Shown: one piece after another, positions 56,544 to 64,000 of the stretch | Layout of the letters: each line of letters begins with the position of its first letter | Position numbering within the stretch: position 1 is the stretch's first letter | From: an uncultured virus (IMG/VR IMGVR_UViG_3300002170_000002) | Taxonomy: Duplodnaviria; Heunggongvirae; Uroviricota; Caudoviricetes | DNA: 64,000 nucleotides | Virus record (IMG/VR): IMGVR_UViG_3300002170_000002 | Coordinates: 1-64,000 of that record | Reading direction: 5' to 3' (one strand) | Notes under the pieces: generated by a model | Database searches by the model: none | Told to the model about the DNA's origin: nothing | The model's input: only the letters and a program-made list of their open reading frames with translations | Position numbers and translations under genes: made by a program

Positions 56544-57823
56544 CAGAAAATACCATCTCCATATTTCTCCCTTAGCTCTATTAAGTCTTGCTCTTCGTTC
56601 GCTCTAATATCTTCATTGGTGCTATCCCTTTTGGGAATGAATGTAAAGATACCTTTATCTGGATTCCATGCATAGCGTACAGTCTCCCCAGAAGAGCCAT
56701 CACGATTCTTAATAGGGGTAATTTCCATTGCCCCATCTCTTTGTCTAATGGCTATTACTTTACTTGCATTAAAGGCAAGACCATCGCTATCTCTGATATC
56801 CTCTAATTCAGGATGTCCATCTTCATCCTTCTTCTTTGCCCCACCTCGATTAGTTTGTACGGCTACAAGTACTGGCACTTGTAATTCTACTGATAGAGCC
56901 ATCAAATCCTCTGAGATGTTGGTTAGAGTAATGGTTTTTGTATCCCCTCTGTTGTATCTCTCATCTCGAATATAGGAAACCCCATCCATTACAATGATGT
57001 CTAACTTGTGAAACTTTGCCCATTGCTTAATCTTGGTTACTGTTACTTTGTTTCCAAAATCTCTGGGGGTGGAAACATAGAAGTGACCTTCCTTTTCCTT
57101 CAATTCTTTGATGTATTGTTCATACCCCTCTTGTAGCTCTCCTCTAATCAATCCTGAGTTAGAGAAATTTCTATAAGCTGTATCAAATCGATATCCCACC
57201 CTCTCCCCACTCATTTCTGGAGAAATAAATCCAACTGTGTAACCCATTTCCCATGCATTGGTTAGGGTTTTGATGAGGAAGTAAGATTTCCCTTCTCCAG
57301 TTCTTGCTGTAACTACTGCATATTCTTCTCCTTTGTGCCACCCATTAATTAGATAATCTAATTCCTTAAACCCTGAAGGAATGTAGGTGGGGTTCTCTGA
57401 CCTAATCAGCAATGAGTTAAGTCTCTTCTCTGCTTCTTTAATTAGGTCATGGGAATTGATGCTGTAGGTAGGGTTAAACTTATCTAAGTTAGTTTTAAGA
57501 AAGTCTACTGCTGCATTTGAGTCATCTACAAAAAGCTTAAATGTTTTCTCTAAGACAGGTCGTAGTTCATTGTAAAGATTCTCTTCTCTAATTCTGTCTA
57601 CCAGATACTGCCTTCCCTCTTTCGTTTCTACTAAAGGAAATTCAGGGAACTTTTCTAAGAAGGTTGCTTTGTCTGGAACATTATTGTATTTTTCATTGTG
57701 TTTTACAATGAATTGGTATTCTTCGTTGTGCTTAGGGAAGTATTCAGAACTAAGGTCAAAATCTTCTATGATTGAAAAATCTTTTTCATCTAATATTTTG
57801 TTTAGAATTTGAATTTCAATCAT
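56543..57823 (-). CDS. DnaB-like replicative helicase
   Basis: SGF.ELD....G, ARTGEGKS, SPEMS, D..SY, QTNR, SD and KNRDG motifs. Confidence 0.93.
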   Translation of the reverse strand: MIEIQILNKILDEKDFSIIEDFDLSSEYFPKHNEEYQFIVKHNEKYNNVPDKATFLEKFPEFPLVETKEGRQYLVDRIREENLYNELRPVLEKTFKLFVDDSNAAVDFLKTNLDKFNPTYSINSHDLIKEAEKRLNSLLIRSENPTYIPSGFKELDYLINGWHKGEEYAVVTARTGEGKSYFLIKTLTNAWEMGYTVGFISPEMSGERVGYRFDTAYRNFSNSGLIRGELQEGYEQYIKELKEKEGHFYVSTPRDFGNKVTVTKIKQWAKFHKLDIIVMDGVSYIRDERYNRGDTKTITLTNISEDLMALSVELQVPVLVAVQTNRGGAKKKDEDGHPELEDIRDSDGLAFNASKVIAIRQRDGAMEITPIKNRDGSSGETVRYAWNPDKGIFTFIPKRDSTNEDIRANEEQDLIELREKYGDGIF

Positions 57824-58473
57824 CTTCTGTCACTTCCTTTCAGTTCAATGATTTCACAAGAGCCTAAGATTCTGCTGGCAAGTCTATCCCCTAATTCATA
57901 TTTTAATCTCTTGGGGTCTATGTTGCTGGTGTAGATAGATGTTTTTTTTGACAATACTCTGGAATCCACAATAGATAAGATTAGAGATAAATCATACCCA
58001 TCTATTTTTAATTTATTTGCCCCAATATCATCAAATACTACTACATCTAAATTAGCTAAACCTTCTTTCAACCCACTCATATCTTCTTTAGAGTTAAAGC
58101 TATCGTGGATTTGATTAATCAGAAGAGGCACATGAATGAAATACCCCCTCTTAACTAATCCATTTCCTGCCCAGATAGAATCAAAATAACGAAGGAGCAT
58201 CTTAATTGCAATGGATGTTTTCCCTGTACCTGTAGTCTTTCCCCAGATATAAATGTTATCACCATTTTTTACATGGTCTACAATATTCTCTCTCCACTCA
58301 TTAGCTTTCTTGTAAGCTTCTACATCAATCTTATCTGGGTATATGGGGTTGTTTGTGTATCTGGATTCTGGTATCCCTGAGTTATCTAAGAGATACATCA
58401 TCTCCAAATACCTTACACATCCTTGGTTGCATTCTTCTTTCTGCCCATAGAAGGGGCAAACTGATTTATACAC
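57820..58473 (-). CDS. DnaC/IstB-like helicase loader; may start upstream at ATT 58500
   Basis: SGIP..Y, GTGKTS, VFDDIG, IYTSN and GDRLASRI....GSDRR motifs. Confidence 0.9.
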   Translation of the reverse strand: MYKSVCPFYGQKEECNQGCVRYLEMMYLLDNSGIPESRYTNNPIYPDKIDVEAYKKANEWRENIVDHVKNGDNIYIWGKTTGTGKTSIAIKMLLRYFDSIWAGNGLVKRGYFIHVPLLINQIHDSFNSKEDMSGLKEGLANLDVVVFDDIGANKLKIDGYDLSLILSIVDSRVLSKKTSIYTSNIDPKRLKYELGDRLASRILGSCEIIELKGSDRR

Positions 58474-58538
58474 ACATCTTTCTCTGTCAAAAGGTTTAAT
58501 GACTCATCACTCCTTCCTTTCGTTGTGACAGAAATATC

Positions 58539-58889
58539 TTACTGGTTGCCCTCCATTTCTTCATAGGCATCCATAATATCATAAGCTATTTGAGCTATGG
58601 TGTTGATAGCATACATTGCTTCATCTCGAGTTTTACATCCCATGCTCAAGTTAATTTCAAGTTTACTTCCACATAAGAAATAAAATCTGGCTTCCCTTTG
58701 CTCTCCTTCTTCTTCCATTTGTAGAATGTGCTTCACACACTCATCAATATCTTCCACCACAGTCATCATATCCTTTACTTTGCGAAGGTTTTTGGAGTCG
58801 AAAAATTGCTCACTCGTATATATCTCTGCAAAAAAGATAACTGGGGTATCACCATTCATTCCATACAGGTGTAACTTTTGGTTGTCCAT
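58539..58889 (-). CDS. Hypothetical protein
   Basis: ORF track; SD GAGGAG. Confidence 0.65.
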   Translation of the reverse strand: MDNQKLHLYGMNGDTPVIFFAEIYTSEQFFDSKNLRKVKDMMTVVEDIDECVKHILQMEEEGEQREARFYFLCGSKLEINLSMGCKTRDEAMYAINTIAQIAYDIMDAYEEMEGNQ

Positions 58890-58902
58890 TTTTTTCTCCT
58901 CT

Positions 58903-59199
58903 CTAATAGTCTGTATCTTCTACTACGTGTCTTGGTATGCAATCATCTTCTGTGCAATAGTTTCCCGGGATTCTTTTTTCAATCTCTAAATAGGGGATAA
59001 AGAGCTGATTATTCTCCAAGATTAGTTCTTTAACTTTCGCCTGTCCATCCTCTCTTACATACATTTTCATTTGTGTATTCCATCTGTACCCTAAAGAGTA
59101 CAGATATTGACTTGCATCCATTTCTGTTAGATAGGCTCTATGCTCCACATGACCTTCTTTGTTGCCCTTCTCATAGCAAATAACTACATAGATGTTCAT
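58903..59199 (-). CDS. Hypothetical protein
   Basis: ORF track; TTGACA promoter at 59290-95. Confidence 0.65.
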   Translation of the reverse strand: MNIYVVICYEKGNKEGHVEHRAYLTEMDASQYLYSLGYRWNTQMKMYVREDGQAKVKELILENNQLFIPYLEIEKRIPGNYCTEDDCIPRHVVEDTDY

Positions 59200-59301
59200 T
59201 CCTTTTATTTTTTTTCCTCCTACATTTATTCAGCAAGGAGGGAGTCACCCTCCTCACTGTATCTATACTGTACCACATATTTTCTCTCTTGTCAAGTTTT
59301 T

Positions 59302-61650
59302 TCACCTGACAGGGCATACTCCAGATGCACATTCAGGGTCAGACTCTATATCCAGTTCTAAATCTTCAAACTCCTCTTCATTCTTTTCATACTTCTGAAT
59401 TAGGTTGGGGTTAAAAGGTTTCAGTCCTTTCTTCATCTCTTTATATTCTTCTTCTGAGATAGCTTCATAAGGCATGAGCTGGTAGAATCCTCCATCATCT
59501 GGTAAGAAGGAAATACCCACATAACTATCCCAATTATTCCATAGCCATTCCTCTACATCATCCCACTCATCTGGTTTTACAGTCACAGTGATGGATGTAT
59601 TTTGGTCTGTGTAGAAATCTTGGAACATCTTATAGGTTTCTAATTGCTCTACAGCTGTGAAGGAAGATTTGGTTCTGGTCACCCCACTTTCCACAGGGAA
59701 TTCTACTACTTTGGTATTTACATTTTCCCCTTCTTGCCCTACTTCATTCTTAACTACCCAACCCAATTCCTCACAAACTTTGACAAGAGGGTCAGCTGCG
59801 GAAATTCTGATTCTTCTGATAAAGAATGGGGCATGAGATGCATGAACTCCCGGGCTTACCCCTCCAAAAATCAAGCCTAAAGTACCATTGGGGGCTACAG
59901 TGGTTACATTGGTGGATTCATTTAGGTTGTGGGTCTTGGCAATCTCTTTGTTAGCTTTATGAGCTACTTCTCTAAGGGAAGAGAGAATCTTTTCTTGTTC
60001 CTCTTTTGTAATATTCGTTCGCTCTACAAAATCTTTCCATCCAGTGATTCCACATCCAGTGAGTCTGTGTTCTTTTTGTACCCTATCCCATGTGGGTAGT
60101 TCAAGGTCTACCAACGTCATTCTATACCCAGCTCTGGCTGATAGTTCTTGTGCCCTCTTAATCTTCTCTAAGTCATAACTTCCTTTCTCATCTACAAAAG
60201 AAGAGATATTTAGGGAGGTGAGGTTGCAGCATTGTCTGGACTTCAATAAAATTTCTCCACAAGCGTTGGTTCCAGCAAACTCAGGGAATCTTTTTCTGGC
60301 TGCTTCTCCATTAATGATTCCCGGCTCTGCTGACAGTACCATAGTTTGGATAATGTCTTTTAGTTTTTCTCTGGTAGGTTTCTCATCAAATATAATACTG
60401 TTGTTTGACATCATTCTATGCAGTAGTTCTTCATTGGCTTTCCATTCCCCTTTCTTTTCATCTACCACATAGATATTATCTTTGGCATGAATCATTTCTT
60501 CATCATCTGGGTCAATAAAAGATATGCAAGCACTTCTTCTTACTGCTCCTGATACTACATTTTCTGCAATGGAAGTACAAATATCCAGTACATCAATGGG
60601 TTTTAATTTCCCCCCACTTTTAGTAATGACTTTGTGAATCTTGTTGAACATCTTTTGGAGAGGCTCACTTCCACTGGCAAATCCACCAAACTTCATTAGT
60701 CTTTCTCCAGCAGGTCTTACATAATCATAGTCAATGATAAGGGTGTCAATAATTTTGTAAGCGTGCTGGGTATGAATTTCCATGAAGAAATCTAAGGCTT
60801 TGTGGAATCCTTCTTTGCTATCACCAATGGTTAAGGTGGCTACATTCTTATCTACAGTAAGCTGTGTGACATCTTCTCTGTCTTTCTTTTCTACAAAAGT
60901 CCATTGCTTATTCACCAAAGAAATGTCTGTGCGGAACTCTGGTAGTTTGTTTACGTATTTCTTTTGTGCCCCAATACCAATCCCCACTCCCAACATGAGA
61001 ACATAGAACATCTCTCCAAAAATATAGATATCGTCTACTGCTGTAAAAGAGCAGTTGAAGTTTTGTAAGGAAGATATTTTGGAGACTGGGCTCCCACCTG
61101 TGAATAGAGTTCTCCCACTAAGCTGTTGTCTACCATGATAAATGTTGTCAAACAATTCTTCTGCTTCTTCTTTTGTGCTGTAGGGAGAAAGGCTAATATT
61201 ATAATCGACTGCTCTGGCAATGGATTCCCAGAATCTTTCTCTTCTCCCCTCTTCAGGAAGGTATCTACTATACGTCCTGTAGAAGGTGAAGCTTGCTATT
61301 TCATTGAGGGGGTCAGGAAGATGTTTATACTTGCTAAGAAACTCTTCACTAAGAAATTTGTATTTCCTTTCCTTCCCCGCTTTTCTTAATCGATTCTTTT
61401 TAGAACGATACTCAATATAGTTCTTGGCTGTTTTGTAGAATCCTCCTGCCATTAACTTCTGCTCTACGAAGTCATGGATGTCATTAACGGAAGGTAAGCC
61501 CATTTCTTTGCAATCTTTCTCTACTTCTTTGGCAATTCCTTTTATTTTGTCGGCATCTATCTCTTCTACATCTGCTGAAATGATGGCATTTACAATTTTA
61601 TCTTTGTCAAACTTTTCGGTCTTTCCATTTCTTTTTAGTACTTCTAACAC
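59302..61650 (-). CDS. nrdJ: Class II (adenosylcobalamin-dependent) ribonucleotide reductase with N-terminal ATP cone
   Basis: V.KRNG...FD..KI ATP cone; YRTYSR, FNCSF, VRRSA, TNACGEI, CNL, PNGT and C-terminal CASGVCPVR. Confidence 0.93.
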   Translation of the reverse strand: MLEVLKRNGKTEKFDKDKIVNAIISADVEEIDADKIKGIAKEVEKDCKEMGLPSVNDIHDFVEQKLMAGGFYKTAKNYIEYRSKKNRLRKAGKERKYKFLSEEFLSKYKHLPDPLNEIASFTFYRTYSRYLPEEGRRERFWESIARAVDYNISLSPYSTKEEAEELFDNIYHGRQQLSGRTLFTGGSPVSKISSLQNFNCSFTAVDDIYIFGEMFYVLMLGVGIGIGAQKKYVNKLPEFRTDISLVNKQWTFVEKKDREDVTQLTVDKNVATLTIGDSKEGFHKALDFFMEIHTQHAYKIIDTLIIDYDYVRPAGERLMKFGGFASGSEPLQKMFNKIHKVITKSGGKLKPIDVLDICTSIAENVVSGAVRRSACISFIDPDDEEMIHAKDNIYVVDEKKGEWKANEELLHRMMSNNSIIFDEKPTREKLKDIIQTMVLSAEPGIINGEAARKRFPEFAGTNACGEILLKSRQCCNLTSLNISSFVDEKGSYDLEKIKRAQELSARAGYRMTLVDLELPTWDRVQKEHRLTGCGITGWKDFVERTNITKEEQEKILSSLREVAHKANKEIAKTHNLNESTNVTTVAPNGTLGLIFGGVSPGVHASHAPFFIRRIRISAADPLVKVCEELGWVVKNEVGQEGENVNTKVVEFPVESGVTRTKSSFTAVEQLETYKMFQDFYTDQNTSITVTVKPDEWDDVEEWLWNNWDSYVGISFLPDDGGFYQLMPYEAISEEEYKEMKKGLKPFNPNLIQKYEKNEEEFEDLELDIESDPECASGVCPVR

Positions 61651-61701
61651 CCTACCAACTCCTTTAATAATTTAGTGATAATTTTTTATTGCCCCTATTA
61701 G

Positions 61702-61740
61702 ATAGCAAAAGGAACCCCCGTTAAGGGATTCCTCTGCTAT
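61702..61740. terminator. Long hairpin upstream of nrdJ (terminator or attenuator)
   Basis: ATAGCAAAAGGAACCC-CCGTTAA-GGGATTCCTCTGCTAT imperfect inverted repeat. Confidence 0.55.
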
Positions 61741-61754
61741 TTCTACTATTCTCC

Positions 61755-62279
61755 CTACAGTTCTGGGAGACCTTCTGCTACATCACTTTCTTCTGTGTTG
61801 TTTTCTTCTTCTATGTTGTTTTCTTCTTCTGGGTTTGGAGGAAACTCCTCTTCGCCCATCATATCTCTAATTTCTTGTGCGGTATTTTCGTCTACCATCT
61901 CATCTTCTGGTTCTCCTTCCTCGTCAAACCCTTCAATCTGGTTCGCAAGTCTCTGCATCACTTCAAATCCGTTTAGACCATCTGGGAAAATTTCTTCTAC
62001 TGTCTTTTCTCCTCCCACATTCTTCTTAGCAAACTTGCATAGCTCATGGATATTGATATCTCTGGTCTGCATCTGGAGCAAGTTTCTAAAGGACATGAGG
62101 AGAACCTTGGCTACACTCTCTGTCATTCCTGAAGCCATTCTGTGGGTACCGTTCTCTGTTATTACATCCAAACAGTATCTGCCTTCATCCCTATCAACTC
62201 TGATGCAATGAATCTTTTCTGCAATAACTACAAACTCATGGTTGTAGGAAGTGATATAGGTTTTCATTTCTTCTCCCAT
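61755..62279 (-). CDS. Hypothetical protein with acidic C-terminus
   Basis: ORF track. Confidence 0.65.
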   Translation of the reverse strand: MGEEMKTYITSYNHEFVVIAEKIHCIRVDRDEGRYCLDVITENGTHRMASGMTESVAKVLLMSFRNLLQMQTRDINIHELCKFAKKNVGGEKTVEEIFPDGLNGFEVMQRLANQIEGFDEEGEPEDEMVDENTAQEIRDMMGEEEFPPNPEEENNIEEENNTEESDVAEGLPEL

Positions 62280-62281
62280 CT

Positions 62282-62476
62282 CTACACCGTTCCCAGTTTG
62301 TCAGAATGTACCTTCATGACTTCTTTTACTACTCGAGAAGTAACTTCTTCAATCACTTCTTTCAGATTGTCTTTATCTTCTACTACTACAACTTCTTTGT
62401 ATTCAGCTCCAAAATAATCCTGATTATTCTTTAGTGTAATTTTTGTGCTGAACTCTAACTCTTTTACCTTTGCCAC
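62282..62476 (-). CDS. Hypothetical protein
   Basis: Start moved to GTG 62476 after SD GAGGAG; promoter TTGACA-17-TACACT at 62549-62521. Confidence 0.65.
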   Translation of the reverse strand: MAKVKELEFSTKITLKNNQDYFGAEYKEVVVVEDKDNLKEVIEEVTSRVVKEVMKVHSDKLGTV

Positions 62477-62591
62477 TATTTTCTCTCCTCTCTTTCTTCT
62501 GTATTTCTTACGGTGTACATAGTGTATCACATATTTTATCTTTTGTCAACTTTAAGTGGTGTGCTTGTACTTTACAATATTTTACAGCTGT

Positions 62592-63074
62592 CTAATGAAT
62601 TCCTAAGCGGTTCAGTCTCTTTATCTTTTCCTCCTTCTCTGGGTCATCTGTCTTGATATCAAACACTCCTCTCTTTAACCACTTCCTAAATTTCACTATC
62701 ATGTGAACTTGGTCTCTTCTAAACCATCTTCCTTTGATTCCTTTAGCATCATAGTTCCTGTAATAGAAGGGGAGCTGGGGAGTGGTCTCAGGTTTCCAAT
62801 ACTCGGGGTTCTCGTACCAGTTATAGTAATGCTTGAACCTTGTCATAGAGATTCCTGTTAGATTGGGGATGTGCCAGTGAGCGATAATAGGGAAACCAAT
62901 TCTGGGTACTCTCTTATTCATCTCCATCCACTCAATTAGAACCTGATAATCTAAGGGTAAATCTGTATAGGGTCTTTCTAAGGATTGATTGATGACTGTA
63001 TGGCTTACTGTTTTCTTTCCCTCCACTTCATCTATCAAATTCCGTAGAAACTTCTTTACTAATTCATTCTCCAT
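62592..63074 (-). CDS. Hypothetical protein, candidate DNA-binding regulator
   Basis: ORF track; SD AAGGAGG; own promoter; first gene of the replication module. Function is inference. Confidence 0.6.
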   Translation of the reverse strand: MENELVKKFLRNLIDEVEGKKTVSHTVINQSLERPYTDLPLDYQVLIEWMEMNKRVPRIGFPIIAHWHIPNLTGISMTRFKHYYNWYENPEYWKPETTPQLPFYYRNYDAKGIKGRWFRRDQVHMIVKFRKWLKRGVFDIKTDDPEKEEKIKRLNRLGIH

Positions 63075-63206
63075 CTCCGTTCCTCCTTTTCTGCTTATAG
63101 TATACCATATCTATTTAGGAAATGCAACCCTAAAAGTGGTGGCTGAGTATTTTCTTTTACACCACTTCTAAATTGCTTTTCAGTTTATTTGTTTGTATAA
63201 TAAAGG

Positions 63207-63388
63207 CAAGGTAGCAAGGAGTGGAATGTTAAAGACCCACTAACACCTACGGGAATATTCGGAACATATTCTAAACACAACTAATCAAGGGATTTCGCAT
63301 ACTGTCCACAAACCTTAAAGAAGTTTGTGGATGAGAGGACTGCTCCTTGCTTACCTACTCTTGAGGTTCTCGATGAGCCTCTTTTTTT
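63207..63388 (+). ncRNA. Putative structured non-coding RNA, about 180 nt
   Basis: Promoter TTGCTT-17-TATAAT (63173-63201); 5' AGGTAGCAAGGAGTGG pairs with 3' CTGCTCCTTGCTTACCT; internal hairpins; terminator GAGGTTC-TCGAT-GAGCCTC followed by T-run. Confidence 0.65.
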
Positions 63389-63844
63389 ATACCTTGAATC
63401 AATTATATATTTATACATAAGTATGAATAATTATATCACTTTATTATAAGTTTTTATTTTCTTGTGTGCATCTGTGTGTACATAAGGGTAAATGTAAAAA
63501 CGTGAAGAGCTTAGATTTCAACGTTTAGTGATAAAAGCACTTTAGTCGGGTGGGGTGAATAAAATTCATTTCGCTATTTTTCAACGTTTCTTATTTTTTA
63601 GGGTATTTTTAATTGTAGATAGTGTAGTCTATACAAGTAATGATAAAAGCTCACAAATGGCTTGATTTCAATGGTTACAGCAAACACCACTATAAAATTG
63701 ACAAAACCCATTTTTGACTGTATAATAAAGACACCCCGAAGGGAAAACACCCACCCGTAGGGTGGGATATAAATCTACCGCTGTATTTAATAACTACTAA
63801 AACTATATAGCTGTTATTTACTGTGATATTTTTAGATGATAAAG

Positions 63845-63888
63845 TTATCCACAAATGTTAATGTATATGTTGATAACTTTGTGGATAA
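63845..63888. promoter_or_regulatory. DnaA-box cluster (candidate origin)
   Basis: Perfect TTATCCACA at 63845-53, perfect TGTGGATAA at 63880-88, one-mismatch TGTTGATAA at 63868-76. Confidence 0.7.
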
Positions 63889-63960
63889 CTTAGGGGAATG
63901 AAGGATAACTACTAACACCACTTGACAAATAGAAAGATATGTGGTATAGTATAGATGGGG

Positions 63961-63998
63961 AGGAAAAGAAAAAGGAGATGAGCTAGTTCTCATCTCCT
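63961..63998 (-). terminator. Intrinsic terminator for a gene beyond the right edge
   Basis: AGGAGATGAG-AACTAG-CTCATCTCCT followed by a T-rich run on the minus strand. Confidence 0.75.
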
Positions 63999-64000
63999 AA

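Noticed and set aside
61651..61754. Cobalamin riboswitch upstream of nrdJ
   Set aside because: The gap is only about 100 bp, holds one simple hairpin, and shows no B12-box.
1501..63171. Plus-strand ORFs in the six-frame track (e.g. 16831-17313, 17903-18403, 18404-18973, 38723-39274, 51145-51735)
   Set aside because: They lie antisense to well-supported minus-strand genes, lack SD sequences and recognisable motifs, and look like shadow ORFs.
1..64000. tRNA genes, integrase/repressor and lysis genes
   Set aside because: None recognised by eye in this window; they may lie outside it, so lifestyle cannot be determined here.

Overview
This 64-kb window is a segment of a tailed dsDNA phage with a contractile tail (PBSX/XkdK-XkdM-like). 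SigmaA-type promoters, GGAGG ribosome-binding sites and the gene families point to a Firmicutes host, probably Clostridia-like. Almost every real gene is on the minus strand. Reading from right to left: (i) a non-coding end region (63.1-64 kb) with DnaA boxes, strong promoters and a candidate structured RNA; (ii) a replication, recombination and nucleotide-metabolism module (37-63 kb) with class II RNR, helicase loader, DnaB-like helicase, primase, SSB, family A polymerase, clamp and clamp loader, Cas4-like nuclease, RecU-like and Hjc-like nucleases, RecA, a PAPS-reductase-family protein, dUTPase, an ABC-ATPase/GNAT fusion and ThyX; (iii) an intact IscB/omegaRNA element (35.4-37.0 kb); (iv) an early/accessory region (25.3-35.4 kb) of small genes, many with their own near-consensus promoter, interleaved with non-coding blocks of operator-like palindrome arrays (Rex-box-like, CcpA cre-like and 22-bp iteron-like); (v) packaging and head genes, with terL split by two ORF-less group I introns; (vi) tail and baseplate genes, including a -1 frameshift chaperone; and (vii) a DGR-type target gene followed by only the C-terminal stump of its reverse transcriptase. 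No integrase, CRISPR array or tRNA was recognised. All calls come from reading the sequence and the ORF track; no database searches or folding programs were run.
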